Origin: Verrucomicrobiota bacterium
Lineage (GTDB): Bacteria; Verrucomicrobiota; Verrucomicrobiia; Limisphaerales; SXQI01
Assembly: GCA_033762115.1 (NCBI GenBank)
Contig: JANRLX010000067.1
Span: forward strand, 1 to 64,000
Direction: 5' to 3'
DNA length: 64,000 nt
Shown here: in pieces, positions 1 to 11,800 of the stretch
Numbering within the stretch: position 1 is the stretch's first letter
Layout: every line of letters begins with the position of its first letter
Program-made: the position numbers and the translations under genes
The notes under the pieces: model-generated
What the model saw: only the letters and a program-made list of their open reading frames with translations
What the model was told of the DNA's origin: nothing
The model's database searches: none

Positions 1-651
1 GCCATTGGTGGATGTCGCCCAATCGACAGCAATTTTGCCATAACTCCCAGACGGCCTGATGATCGTGATTTGAATACCCTCCGGCTCTTCATCCCACCGG
101 CCATCAATTATGTATTCATCATGATAGGCGGTGTAGGTAGAGAGGTTGAATTGGACGGTTCCTGCACCTCCGGTATCGACTGTGTCATCATCGAAGATCG
201 TCAGAACAGCAGTGGATGGATTGCCCAAGGTGGTGCCGGAAAAGCTTTGTGGATTGGATAGCTGCAAGTTGACAGTGCGGTTGGGATCGACAGTGGAGTT
301 GTCGAAAACGATAACAAAGAAGGATGCGAACTGTTCTCCAGGAAAGAAGGTCAAAGTACCTGGGGTGGGGATATAATCCACACCAGTGACAGCAGTGCCG
401 TCGGTCATATTGTAATCAACGGTGACCAATTCATCCAATGAACCAGTCCGCTCAACGATGATTGTGGCAAAGAAGAAGCTTTCGGCAGTTTGGTAAGTAG
501 CGGAACTGAATTGCACCACACTATTGGTCGTTTGGGCGTGGACGCTATTTAACGCGACCAATGTGAAAGCCACTGCGATCAAGGCAGCGGAAACGACTCG
601 CCTGCCCGAACAATAGAGCTGCGAGATAAACGATCTAGTAACACTGAACAT
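1..651 (-). CDS. Secreted Calx-beta domain protein (3' end runs off the window)
   Basis: Absent from the ORF track; translated by hand from ATG at 651 with GGAG upstream. MFSVTRSF...AALIAVAFTLVALNSVHA-Q signal peptide, then VQFSSATY...IVERTGS...VTVDY...DGTAVTGVDY...GTLTFFPGE...LTIFDDD (Calx-beta). Open to base 1. Confidence 0.85.
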   Translation of the reverse strand, partial: MFSVTRSFISQLYCSGRRVVSAALIAVAFTLVALNSVHAQTTNSVVQFSSATYQTAESFFFATIIVERTGSLDELVTVDYNMTDGTAVTGVDYIPTPGTLTFFPGEQFASFFVIVFDNSTVDPNRTVNLQLSNPQSFSGTTLGNPSTAVLTIFDDDTVDTGGAGTVQFNLSTYTAYHDEYIIDGRWDEEPEGIQITIIRPSGSYGKIAVDWATSTNG

Positions 652-669
652 AACTTAAAACTCCTATAA

Positions 670-3600
670 CTATGGGACGAGCATGACGCGATAGAATTTG
701 TGCGTTCCAATGGCGCCTATGGTTTCCGAGAACGTTGTGGTAGAGCCTGTGCCGGAGACTGGCTGGATTGTTGTCCATTGCTCAAGATCGGTCGAGCCCT
801 GGATTTGGTAGTTTTTGCCAGTTTCGGTTAAAAAGCCAAATGAGATTGCACCTTGAGCAGTGATGACCACGTTTGTGATGGTGATTTCAGTGTGGGCAGG
901 ATCAAGATCGCCATTCAAGCGGCCAATACCGGGGCTGGGGAATCCATTAAGTGTGAAAAACGCGCCTGCGACGAGAATTTGGCGGTCTGCCTGCACATGG
1001 ATATCCAAAACTGAATCGTCAGCGCCTGATCCAGGATCGAAAGTGGTGTCCAAAGCTCCAGTATTAAGCAAACGAGCAATGCGGGTCCGGTTAGTCCCTG
1101 TAACGGAACTGAATTCGCCACCGAGTAATACTTTGCCATCCTGTTGAACCGCCACGGCGAGTACCGTTCCATTAGGGCCTGCAGCTGGAGTAAAGGTGGT
1201 ATCGACAGCGCCGTTTTGCTCCAGACGGGCAACCCTGTTTCGTGGGGTCCCGTTGACGGAGGTGAACTCGCCCGCAAGCAAGATATTGCCACCTTCTGTC
1301 CGGGCGATATCAAATACTGTTCCGTTGGCTCCGCTGCCGGTAGCAAACACCGGATCAATACGACCTGAAGATAGAAGTCGGGCAAATCCGCGGCGAGTGG
1401 TTCCAGCAATATTCGTAAATGATCCGCCGACGAGGATTTTTCCGTCGGGCTGGAGGAGGAGTGATCGAACTGCTCCTTTAGCACCACCTTCGACATCAAA
1501 GCTGACATCATGTGAACCATCAACATTAAGTCTGATCAGGTTTGGAGATGGATTGGAGAACGATCCGCCGACAATGATCTGTCCATCTGGCTGAACAGCG
1601 ACGGCGTATACAGGGCCGTTAATACCGGCTGATTTGAAGAATGCAGGATCCAGAAAGCCATTGGTGCTAAGCAGGGATACTCGATTTCTAACCGCGCCAT
1701 CAAAGGTGGTGAAGCCACCTCCCACAGCCACCTTGCCGTCCGGTGCAGTATCCACTGTAAAGACCGATCCTGCCGCGCCTCCGCCAGCAAGGAATGAATT
1801 GTCAATTGAACCATTGGGGAGAAGGCGGGCCACACCTGGGGCAGAAAAGCCGTTAAAAGCATCGAAATCGCCCCCGATCACGAGCTTGCCATCCGGCTGA
1901 ATTTTGACGGCTGCAATAGCCCCATCAGCGCCGTTACCGATATTGAAGGTCTGGTCAAAGCTGCCGGCACCGAAATCATCGTCCACAATTGTGACCAAAA
2001 GGACGGAATTGCCCAACATGGCTCCGCCTGTGGGATTGGTGAGTTCCACGAGAAAGCTTTCGTTTCCTTCCGGAGCAGAGTCGCCAGTAATTTGAACTGG
2101 GATCGATTGGGAAGCCTGTCCGTCAATCAAAGTTAAAGTCCCTGAACTTGCTGAAAAATCGTCAGTGGAAGCGGTAAGCGGTGTAATTATATAATCAACT
2201 GATACCGCGCCTGTCACGCCGCTTTCCCGGCGGACAACAACGGATGCAGTTCCAGATCCTTCGCTAATGAGCAAGCCATTTTCGAATGAAAGGACACCTG
2301 GCGCAAAATCATCATCATAAATGGTGAGAGTAGCAGTCCTTAATCCGAGGCTACCATTACCTATCACCTCATCCAGACGCAAAGTCACTGATTCATTTCC
2401 TTCAACCGATTCGTCTCCAAGAATATTAACGGTGAAGAATTGATTTTCCTGATTCGGCTGGAAGGTTAAAGTGCCGGTCTGAGAGACATAGTCGACTCCT
2501 GCAGTCGCAGAACCGCCCACCGTAGAATAGACCACGGTAACTGGTTCGAGTGTTTTGCCGGTTCTTACAACACGAATGGTGATGAAATTACCTAGAGCAC
2601 CTTCACTGGCAGAGTACTGGGTTTGGGCAAAACTGACGAGGCTGTCATCACTGACGATGATAACCCGGGTAAACGGTTGTCGTGGGCTAATGATCGAAGC
2701 CCCTGCGGCGTTAGTCAAAGTGACTAAAAAGCTCTCGTCCTGTTCGGCAATATTATCATCAAGCAGGAGCAGGTTAATTGTTTTGCTGGCTTCACCTGAG
2801 AGGAATTCAACAGTTGCGTTTGTTTCAATATAGTCGCTGCCTGGGAAGGCGCTTTCTCCAGAGAGAACATAGCTTACCGAGGCGTTGCCTTCAGTGCCGC
2901 CCCGACGGCGAATGGTCACTATTGCGTTTGTTCCCGACTCATTCACATTAATGGTGGGCAGGGCCATTTCGAATTCGCCTGAGCCAGAGATGGAACCACC
3001 GAACAACCTGGCGAAATGGCTGCGAGGAATATCATTAATTTTGGTAAAGTTTCCTCCGACGATAATTCTTCGATCAGATTGGATTTTGACAGCAGCGATG
3101 AAGCCGTTAGCACCAGATCCAAAATTGATGGATGTATCCAGAGTTCCGTTCGGATTAAGGCGCAGGATACGATTTTGGCTGGCTTCACCGAATTTGGTGA
3201 AATCTCCTGCAACGATGATTTTTCCGTCTGGTTGTAAATCCAAGGCATAAACAGGCCCATCGACCCCGGGTCCTGGATTGAAGGTTGAATCCAAAGCGCC
3301 AGTAGATTCCAAGCGAGCAATTGAGTTGAATGGAACATCGCTTACTGAATTAAATAAACCGCCAATCAGAATCTTGCCATCTGGCTGAAGTTTGATGGCT
3401 CGGACAGTACCGGCGACACCCAATCCGGCATTAAAATTGGTGTCGATAGTCCCATTGGAGTTTAACCGTGCGATTCCGCTTTGTGGAGTACCTCCCACAC
3501 TTGTGAAATCACCGCCGATGATAATTTTTCCATCCGGCTGGACAGCAAGAGCAAATACAGTTCCCTGAACTCCGGAACCTGGATTGAAAGTGAGGTCAAC

Positions 3601-6600
3601 GGTGCCATCCTCATTCAAGAGGGCAATACCAGCTCGTTGTATCGAATTAATGGACAAGAAACCACCTCCAACCACAACTTTTGAGATTAAGGGGTTAGTG
3701 GAGATCACGAGTTCCCCGAGAGTATAAACAGGCCCGTCTGCCCCTGCCCCAATGCTGAAAGTTGAGTCAACAGCACCTGAACGGGTAACCCTGGCCATGG
3801 AACGTCTGGGCAGTCCATCCACATTTTCAAAAGCACCAGCAACAATAATTCTATTGGTACCCTGGAACAGCATCGCCCGGATTGGGCCGTCGAAATCGAT
3901 GTCTCTGGCAAAGGTTGAATCCAGGGAGCCGTCATCATTGATGCGGGCCAGACCCCTTCGGGATTGGTTCTCAACGGTCCTAAATTGACCGCCAAGAATT
4001 ATTTTTCTCGCCTCGCCGGGACCGTTCTCACCCTCAATAAGAAGACTATAAACAATATCATCAACATCAGCAGCAAAATCGAATTCGACATCACCTGCCG
4101 GGATGTTCAGTTGTTCATCATCGAGAATCGTCAAGAGAGCGTTCGTCAAAGCTCCCAATGTTCCAGTGACCGGGTTGCGCAATTGCAAATTAACAGTTCT
4201 ATTGGAATCAGAAACCGAGTCATTCAAGATTGGAACATAAACGATTTTGCTTACCTCGCCGGGCTGGAATGTCAGGAGATTTGTGACTGGGACGAAATCA
4301 ATATTCGGCAACGCAGTTCCAGGTTGTGCTTGAAAGGTGACAGCAGCCTCTCCAGAAGTGCCGTTGCGGCGAATGACCATGATCCCTGCTGAAGTTCCAT
4401 TTTCGTCTGCAATGTAACGATCCACTCCAAACGAAAATTGGCCATAGCCATCATCTTCAAGAATCGTGACTGTTGAGTTGGAGCGACTTCCTAAAGCATC
4501 AGGCTGAGAAGGGTTAAAGAGAATTAATGAAAATTGCTCTGAAGTTTCCACGATTGAATCATTGGAAATTGGAATTTGAATGGTCTTGGGAGTGGTTTCC
4601 TGATCGTTCCAAACCAAAACGCCTGCTGTTTCCGTATAATCGAAAGGCACGGAGGTGCCCGTTGGAAAAGGACCATCCTCAGTCCGATACTCGACCGAGA
4701 GAACTCCGACACTGCCGCCGCTTCGGCGAACCTGAACAGTTGCGAAGCCATTGTTCTCCGCCACGTTAAAGTTGGTTGATGCAAAGTTGATGCGCCCGGG
4801 AAGGTAATCGTTATCAATAATTGTCACGAGAGCGACTGAATTAGTTCCCAGGATGAAGCCTGAAGATGGATTAAAAATTTCGACTCGAAAAGTTTCGTCT
4901 GGTTCAACGAATTCATCGTTTCGAATTTGAAGAGTAAAGGTCCGACTGGTTTGTCCCGGGGCAAATGAGCTTACCAAATTAATAGCGACAAAGTCTGATC
5001 CGGACGCCGCCCCATTGGGGCTGGTTGTCACGGTGCGAATAGCGACCTGACCGCTCGTCCCTGTATTCCCGGACCTTGTCACGCGGATAGTAACGGTACC
5101 TGAGGATTCATCTGTATCGATTTCGGTTTCGGCGATATTCAGCACCGCGGGGCTTTGATCGTCCTCCACAATAGTGACGATTGCTTCTGAGTTTCTCCCA
5201 AAGCCGGGAGCGCTCAGAATGACCTGTCCACCGAGCGTAAATCCGCCAAGCAGTGAATCCAATTCGACTCCGAAGGTTTCATTTCCCTCAATCTCCTCGT
5301 CATCGAAAATTGGAATGAATAATGTTTGAGCGTTGCTATCATCAAATCGGATCAGAGAATTGGTAACAGGAGTGTAATCCCGTCCAATGGTAGCGGAACC
5401 TTCGAAAGTGGAACCATAAACTAGAATGGAACCAGTAATACCAAGAGTTCGGATCACCGGTGCACCCAGGTCACCGCCCGCTTCATCGCTTCCGAACTCA
5501 GCACTGGCAAATTCAACAAGCCCAGGGCTGTAAATTGTAGAGGCAGCGTCCGATAACCGGGCAAAATTCTGCCGTGAATGAACCTCTTCCCGAAAAAAGC
5601 CACCGCCAACCCGTCTGAAAAAGCCGCCTACCAACAAACCCGTGCGATCATGATTGATGGCTCGAATCGATCCATCAAAAACGGTGGGGGCAACGCCGTT
5701 CGGCAGGGGGAATCCTGCATATGCATTTTGAATTGTATCAAGGAAAGTTGGATCAACGGAGCCATTGCTCAAAAGACGGGCCAAATAAAGTCGATGGCTG
5801 CCGTTGTAAACGGTAAATGTCCCTCCAATATAAAGCTCATCACGACCTGCAATGTATTTAACTGTTTGAATAATTCCATCGACTCCTGATCCTGATGAAA
5901 ACGTTTCGTCCAAAGACCCATCAGCGTTTAAGCGGGCCAACGAATTTGCAGATTTCGAATTTACCTCGGTAAAATCACCACCAATTATAATTCTATTTGC
6001 GGAATCCAAAGAGACGCTTAAGACCTGACCATGCACTCCAAGTCCGGGATCGAAGGTCGGATCGGGAGTTCCATTGGCCAATAACCGGGCGATCGATTGC
6101 TGAACCTGACCATCTACGGAAGTGAAGTCTCCGCCCACGATTATACGGCCATTTGCAGCAGGTGAGATGGAGGCCTGAATATTCCAGTTCGCCGTTTCAT
6201 TTGTGTTGGAGACTACGAATCTTAATTGAGTGGAAGAGCCGGGGCCGAAAAACAGATTTGTGGTAATGAAAGTATTGGTTTCATAAGTGGTTTGATCGGC
6301 GTTGGTAACCGTGATGATGGTGTTGGTAATTCCCGTGTCGAACACCAGAGTGTTACCTTGAAAAATCTGGAATCGATCCAGGTCGTCAAATAGATTGTAT
6401 CGAATCGTAATTTGACCGCCCACTGCGCCTATGTCCACGAGTTGATTGAGTGTTGTGTTATTTGTCCCTGAGGCAGAATTGGTGTAGGTAATGGAAGAGG
6501 CCCTCTCGGCATCCAAGGCGAATACCGGGCCATCAAAGCCAAATCCCGGGTTGAAACTGAGGTCAAGTGTCCCGTTCGAAAAAAGACGAGCAATCCCGGG

Positions 6601-7986
6601 AGCCGCTATCCCATCAATTTCTGTAAAATCGCCGCCTACCAGGATCGAGAAATCTCCAAGAATTTTGACGGCGTATATAGGACCATTGGCCCCACTTCCC
6701 GGATTGAAGGTGAGATCTGTTTGACCATTCGAAAGCAATCGAGCGATGCCTCCCCGGCCATGTCCATTGACTGATGAGAAACCGCCTCCGATCAAAACCC
6801 TTCCAGCCAGTGGGCCAAAGGTATAAACATCCACGGAACTGACAAAGTTATCAGCACCTGTGGAAGGGGAGAAAGTTGTATCCAAAGAACCGTCTGGACG
6901 CATTTTTGCAATCCTGTTCCGAGGCACAGAGTTCATGGCGGTGAATTCACCGCCGACAAAGGTCGATCCATCCGGCATTGTGGCGATGGAGAGCACTGTT
7001 CCGTTGGCGCCGGGGTTCAGGAGAAAAGAAGGAGAAGCATTATCCGGATTGTAAGTAATATCCACCGCCCCACCAGGAAGTGCAACATTGGTTCCATTTT
7101 GCGCCAGCAAGGTGACGATGGTAGCCGATATTTCTCCTAGAGAATAATTTATGGTTGTTTGTTCGTTCGCGGCATTGGTCGTGGTCACTGAACCTTGCGG
7201 ATTGGACAGACGCACAGCGAAATCTTCATTAAATTCATATTCAGTAAGGTTGGTTTTAATCAATGGGATGGTGATCGTTTGCTCTCGTTGTCCCGGTTCG
7301 AAGGTTAGGGTACCAGAGGTCGGACTATAATCAGTGTTCTCGTTTGCTATATCGGAGCCAGGGCGAATTCCAGAGTCTAACGGCTCTCCTGAGTCATCCA
7401 CGAGAGTTGATAGATCCACAAGCTCGTAATCGACGCTCACGCCAGATACACCATCTGGAACTGGCGATAAGAGCACGACCTTAATGCTTATATCGCCTGG
7501 CCGATCAGGAAAGTTGTAGTAGCTCTTTTCAAAAATGAACTGAAAATTTGTAAAGGCTGGGATGGTCAGGAAAAACGAATTCGTCTCCAGCGTTGGAGTA
7601 AAACGGGGGTTCTCGTTGGTGGCAACGCGAGGATTGATCAATTTGAAAGCTGCAGTTTGACTATTTGTGGATGGCCTCGCTGAAATCTGGATAAGGTAGT
7701 TCGTTCCGGATTGGTGGTCCCGCATTGCAACTTTGTTCGTGAAAGAGGAAAGAAACGTAACATTGGTTGGCGCCACCATATCAAAGTTGATCAAGCCATT
7801 GGCTGGCAAACGAGTGAGCCCAACTTCATATTGAGTATCATAAGGGCTGAGAAACCATTCGGAATGCGTGAATGCAACGATGTTTTCGTCCTGCGCCTTG
7901 GATACGGAGATTGAAATCAGCAAAAATGCCAGCAGGAAAACCGCTCGCAGAAAGGTCATTTTAAAGGTTCGGACTAGCATAAACAA
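670..7986 (-). CDS. Giant secreted surface protein: about 8 Calx-beta domains, three blocks of delta-60 (DUF5122-type) beta-propeller repeats, C-terminal ...FYRV domain
   Basis: Signal peptide; repeated 'QPDGKIxxGGxFT..G..R.RIARL..DG.LD.TF.PG.GA.G.V' blades; 'DY....GTLTF.PG....I.I.I..D...E.NE.F.V.L.NP' Calx-beta motifs. Exact start codon uncertain. Confidence 0.9.
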   Translation of the reverse strand: MFMLVRTFKMTFLRAVFLLAFLLISISVSKAQDENIVAFTHSEWFLSPYDTQYEVGLTRLPANGLINFDMVAPTNVTFLSSFTNKVAMRDHQSGTNYLIQISARPSTNSQTAAFKLINPRVATNENPRFTPTLETNSFFLTIPAFTNFQFIFEKSYYNFPDRPGDISIKVVLLSPVPDGVSGVSVDYELVDLSTLVDDSGEPLDSGIRPGSDIANENTDYSPTSGTLTFEPGQREQTITIPLIKTNLTEYEFNEDFAVRLSNPQGSVTTTNAANEQTTINYSLGEISATIVTLLAQNGTNVALPGGAVDITYNPDNASPSFLLNPGANGTVLSIATMPDGSTFVGGEFTAMNSVPRNRIAKMRPDGSLDTTFSPSTGADNFVSSVDVYTFGPLAGRVLIGGGFSSVNGHGRGGIARLLSNGQTDLTFNPGSGANGPIYAVKILGDFSILVGGDFTEIDGIAAPGIARLFSNGTLDLSFNPGFGFDGPVFALDAERASSITYTNSASGTNNTTLNQLVDIGAVGGQITIRYNLFDDLDRFQIFQGNTLVFDTGITNTIITVTNADQTTYETNTFITTNLFFGPGSSTQLRFVVSNTNETANWNIQASISPAANGRIIVGGDFTSVDGQVQQSIARLLANGTPDPTFDPGLGVHGQVLSVSLDSANRIIIGGDFTEVNSKSANSLARLNADGSLDETFSSGSGVDGIIQTVKYIAGRDELYIGGTFTVYNGSHRLYLARLLSNGSVDPTFLDTIQNAYAGFPLPNGVAPTVFDGSIRAINHDRTGLLVGGFFRRVGGGFFREEVHSRQNFARLSDAASTIYSPGLVEFASAEFGSDEAGGDLGAPVIRTLGITGSILVYGSTFEGSATIGRDYTPVTNSLIRFDDSNAQTLFIPIFDDEEIEGNETFGVELDSLLGGFTLGGQVILSAPGFGRNSEAIVTIVEDDQSPAVLNIAETEIDTDESSGTVTIRVTRSGNTGTSGQVAIRTVTTSPNGAASGSDFVAINLVSSFAPGQTSRTFTLQIRNDEFVEPDETFRVEIFNPSSGFILGTNSVALVTIIDNDYLPGRINFASTNFNVAENNGFATVQVRRSGGSVGVLSVEYRTEDGPFPTGTSVPFDYTETAGVLVWNDQETTPKTIQIPISNDSIVETSEQFSLILFNPSQPDALGSRSNSTVTILEDDGYGQFSFGVDRYIADENGTSAGIMVIRRNGTSGEAAVTFQAQPGTALPNIDFVPVTNLLTFQPGEVSKIVYVPILNDSVSDSNRTVNLQLRNPVTGTLGALTNALLTILDDEQLNIPAGDVEFDFAADVDDIVYSLLIEGENGPGEARKIILGGQFRTVENQSRRGLARINDDGSLDSTFARDIDFDGPIRAMLFQGTNRIIVAGAFENVDGLPRRSMARVTRSGAVDSTFSIGAGADGPVYTLGELVISTNPLISKVVVGGGFLSINSIQRAGIALLNEDGTVDLTFNPGSGVQGTVFALAVQPDGKIIIGGDFTSVGGTPQSGIARLNSNGTIDTNFNAGLGVAGTVRAIKLQPDGKILIGGLFNSVSDVPFNSIARLESTGALDSTFNPGPGVDGPVYALDLQPDGKIIVAGDFTKFGEASQNRILRLNPNGTLDTSINFGSGANGFIAAVKIQSDRRIIVGGNFTKINDIPRSHFARLFGGSISGSGEFEMALPTINVNESGTNAIVTIRRRGGTEGNASVSYVLSGESAFPGSDYIETNATVEFLSGEASKTINLLLLDDNIAEQDESFLVTLTNAAGASIISPRQPFTRVIIVSDDSLVSFAQTQYSASEGALGNFITIRVVRTGKTLEPVTVVYSTVGGSATAGVDYVSQTGTLTFQPNQENQFFTVNILGDESVEGNESVTLRLDEVIGNGSLGLRTATLTIYDDDFAPGVLSFENGLLISEGSGTASVVVRRESGVTGAVSVDYIITPLTASTDDFSASSGTLTLIDGQASQSIPVQITGDSAPEGNESFLVELTNPTGGAMLGNSVLLVTIVDDDFGAGSFDQTFNIGNGADGAIAAVKIQPDGKLVIGGDFDAFNGFSAPGVARLLPNGSIDNSFLAGGGAAGSVFTVDTAPDGKVAVGGGFTTFDGAVRNRVSLLSTNGFLDPAFFKSAGINGPVYAVAVQPDGQIIVGGSFSNPSPNLIRLNVDGSHDVSFDVEGGAKGAVRSLLLQPDGKILVGGSFTNIAGTTRRGFARLLSSGRIDPVFATGSGANGTVFDIARTEGGNILLAGEFTSVNGTPRNRVARLEQNGAVDTTFTPAAGPNGTVLAVAVQQDGKVLLGGEFSSVTGTNRTRIARLLNTGALDTTFDPGSGADDSVLDIHVQADRQILVAGAFFTLNGFPSPGIGRLNGDLDPAHTEITITNVVITAQGAISFGFLTETGKNYQIQGSTDLEQWTTIQPVSGTGSTTTFSETIGAIGTHKFYRVMLVP

Positions 7987-8183
7987 TTTTCAAAAATGGG
8001 CCTGCAAAATAAGCACAGGTCGTACCGGGTTTTCCAAAATTGAGCGGCTTAAATAAGGCGAAAATCCGAGCTCAATTGCAAGCTGTAATTGCCTGTTTTC
8101 CAAAGGGTAGGACTGAAAAAAAGCAAAACCTCTCTTTGATCCCATGATTGTTTTGTGGGTGAACACAATGTAAAAGGCCAGTA

Positions 8184-8789
8184 TCATATTAATCTGGAAG
8201 GCTTTGACAAGTCCTCAATCAGTTGTTTGGCCTGTTTTTTTTGAAGTTCTCTCCTCCCTTCCGTCCATATGACAAAATCAGAGCGTAAAATTTTTTCCTC
8301 GATTGGAAGTTGGGCGCTTATCCGTCCTGCAATGTGGGTTTTATTCCAACCTCTTTCCTCCAGGCGGCTCTGCTGAGTTTCCCGCGTGCAGGCCACGCAG
8401 ATAACATGAGAAAATTCACCCTCCGCGCCGGTTTCGAAGAGCAATGGAATGATCACTGCAGCCATGGCATGCCGCTGCGTGGTCCATTGCTGAATTGTTT
8501 CCCGCCAGGATGAACGAATGGCTGGATGTAAAATGGTTTCGAGTTTAAGGCGAGCTGATGAATCGGAGAAAACAAGGGCGGCCAGAGCAGCCCGGTTCAA
8601 GGTAAAATCAGGATGGAAAACGAAATCTCCGAAGGTCTCATGAATTTTCTGCAACGATGGCGCACCGGGTTGGGTCAGGTTTCGGGCCAAATCATCGGTA
8701 TCAATCAAAGGGATTCCAAAAGATCGCAATGTCTCTCCGACAGTGCTTTTTCCCATTCCGACTCCGCCTGTAATCCCAAAACAATTCAT
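8184..8789 (-). CDS. coaE: Dephospho-CoA kinase
   Basis: GITGGVGMGKST P-loop, IDTD, LNRAALAALVF, LETILHP, IPLLFE motifs. Start reassigned to the ATG at 8789. Confidence 0.93.
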   Translation of the reverse strand: MNCFGITGGVGMGKSTVGETLRSFGIPLIDTDDLARNLTQPGAPSLQKIHETFGDFVFHPDFTLNRAALAALVFSDSSARLKLETILHPAIRSSWRETIQQWTTQRHAMAAVIIPLLFETGAEGEFSHVICVACTRETQQSRLEERGWNKTHIAGRISAQLPIEEKILRSDFVIWTEGRRELQKKQAKQLIEDLSKPSRLI

Positions 8790-8831
8790 TCGATATAACC
8801 CAGGCGGTCTCGAAGAGAACTGAATCACTTC

Positions 8832-8864
8832 AAAGAAACAGCCGATCGTTGGGACGGCTGTTTC
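8832..8864 (-). terminator. Probable intrinsic terminator after the 1031-aa gene
   Basis: Perfect 10-bp inverted repeat GAAACAGCCG (8835-8844) / CGGCTGTTTC (8855-8864). On the minus strand the hairpin runs into UUUCUUUG. Confidence 0.55.
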
Positions 8865-8882
8865 AGAGAAATCTGGTCGCTA

Positions 8883-11800
8883 TTAAGGAGCGACTTTGAC
8901 CCGATAATAACGCCCGGAACTGCTTGATTGAAGAGAGTGAGGCAAGGTGACGGCCTGACGTTGTCCACCTGAATGAGTATAGGTGGTGACATTATGCCAG
9001 AGAGTTCCTCCGTTGAGTTGCAGATTATCAGTATATTGCAAAATGTAAGTGATGGATGGGGAAGCACTGAAGGTGACCAGGGCAGTGGTCCCTGCGGATG
9101 TTTCCTCAAAGGCAACGCTCAACAAGCGAAGCTCGGTGAGTTGATTGTCGAGAGGAAAGTCATCCAAACCATTGGCAATGCCATCCTGATCGGAATCAAT
9201 GATGCGGCTTTCGCGAAGAGATCTGTTAAGGCGTTGGCTGGTTCCGTCAAGCCGTGCGACATCGACTGAACTGTTTGGGCCAACTGCTTCAGGAACCCAG
9301 ATCAATCTGCCATTACCGAATTGTCTGCCGTTCAGAATTTCAGCAGTCACTCCCGGATTTGTGGAAACCAGATCAGCATAGTAGATGTCTATGTTGGCAT
9401 CCAACGTGAGGCCCTGGTAAATGTTTGTAATCCTGAGGTTTCCAGTCAGATTGGTTGATTGAGCCAGCCATCCGGTGATCTGCAATAAATCAACGTAGAT
9501 GGCTCGGTTCGGACCCGCTCCATGAAAAGCATATCTGGCCTGTTCCTCCCCACCTAAGATCAAATGGCCAATGGGCGTATTGGTTCGGAAAGCGCCTGGC
9601 AAAGGACCGACATCCGGCGCGGCCCAGGTATGGTGAGAAGTAAAGAACTTACGGCCCGCAGACTCAATGCGTGTACCCAGGAGTGTTCCCAAGGGAGCAA
9701 CACGGGTCATGTTAAAACCATTGCTTGAGCGCCAGATATTGGGAGCGGCCAGTTCCAAATCCTGAATGGAACCAGTGACATCGATGTTAATGGCACCACC
9801 CGCCAAAATGCGGTGATTGGAAAATTTCAGCACGTTACCGGCGAGTTCAACATCTCCGCCAGTTGTGAAAATGCCATCTTCGATTTTGCCCACTTCCGCA
9901 TTGATTCGAATTGGTCCAATGCTTGGAATGAATGCATTGGTAATAAAAAAGCCAAAACGGTTACTGAAGATGAGTGTTTCAGCCTGACCGGAACGAATGT
10001 CCCCCCGATTCTCGAAATATGAGCTGTTAATCAAATGGCTGAAGGCGGTCATGGTTCCGTCATTCACGAAATTTGTGTAGCGGATTCCATCCTGGTATCC
10101 GAAGTCGCCGAGCCCGCGAATAGCAAGAAACCCTTCCTCTGTAATAGTGAGACTTTTCAAGGTGGGCACGTTCGTGCGCCCCCAAGCGCTGGTGGAGAGG
10201 GTAATGTCACTATCAATGGTTACATTTTCACCTCGAAGTTCGAAGATGTTCGAAATGGACATGTTATTACGCAGGAAAATGTTTTCCGCCCTGGCAGTAA
10301 AACGGTCAATCACGACCGGCTTGAAGGTGATCAACCCCGCAGCGTCCACCAATGTGATGTGGTAGGCCACGTTGATTATATTGGTCACGAGGGTATTGGT
10401 CCCATTCACCACGTTGGTGACGATTTGCCCGGTTTGGTTTGTCCATGCACTGCTCCACAACTGAATTGCACCGTTGAGCCGCTCGACCGTTTCACGGGTC
10501 AGGTTTTCGACGCGTAATGGACGGTTATTGTCTGTTGAACCAAGCGCAAAACTTACATTTTCAACATCGATCACACTGTTGGAGTTCCCCAGAAGATTAT
10601 CGGTATTGATCGAGACGAGCCCTTCACCTCGAATGCGAGTACGTGTGAGATCAAGATTTGTAGCGACAATTTCCACCCGGCCAGGGAAGTTGGTGACGGA
10701 GAGGCCTGGAACTGGTTGAACTCTTTGAGCCATGCTGTCGATTTCCGCTGCGTAGGCAGCGTAACTGGCATTGGTAATGACAATGTTCGACATTGAAGGA
10801 TCAAAAAAGAATGTGGGGGTGAGGAGGGCGTTGGCTTCAAACCCAAAATCGTAAACACAAGGTTTGCTGCGAGCTATGACATAAGTGGCAGGCCTGAATC
10901 CAGCATACAAAACATTTGGGATGACATTGAAGTTGGTTCCTTCCGCCAGCTGGTCCACGATATAAAGCGTGTTCAACTCAGGTTCTTCGGTGATCGCATT
11001 GGTTAAGACAGCTGCAAGTTCAATCACAGGGGTTAGGAAGCCGTTATTGTTTGGTAAATCTCCATTCGGAAATGTCAGCGGGAGAAAACGGACATCAGGA
11101 AAGACCCTTGGGTCGCTGGTTTGCACAAACACAGCCTGGCGGATTACATTCGTCCCGTTAACGAGGTTGGTGAGAATAAAACCAACACCGTTTTGAATTT
11201 GAACAATTTGCCTGAAACCTCCCAGAGCATTTGTCACTGGGTGCGATGGCGATACCACTGAGGGAGAAAGGTCCTGCAGTAAGAAAGGAAGAACCAGGTT
11301 TGTTTCAGTCCCCATGCCCCAGAAAAGATCATAAACCCCGGTTTCCGGGAAAAAATTGGATTCACTGAGAAAAAAGGAATAAAGACCTGGATCACAATCA
11401 AAGAAAAATCCACCAAAGGTGCCAGCCCTTGCAGATCCAACGCGATCAACAACAATTTTGCTGTCCCGAAGCACCACGTTGTTTCCACGCAAGCGGATCA
11501 GCCCGGCGGGCCCTACAGCGATGGTGCCCTGATTTTCCAGCGTATCAGCATTGATTCGAACTCCGGAAAATTGCGATTGAAACGTGTTTACCAAAAATGC
11601 ACCTGAGTCGCCACCGGTCCTTAAAATGGATCCAAAACTATCAAGGGATTCCAGAACTCCGATTTGAGTATTGATGAATCTTTGTGCGGGAGTCCGCATT
11701 CCGGTTTCTGGATCAACGGTGTCCAACTCGAACCCGATATTGGCCTGCATAAGACCGTTGTTGGTAAAAATTCGGGTATTTTGTGTGTCAAATGGAACTG

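Noticed and set aside
900..7050. Periodic sequence similarity suggesting a repeat array or CRISPR
   Set aside because: Similarity is at the protein level (delta-60 and Calx-beta repeats). I saw no identical direct repeats with spacers and no cas genes in the window.
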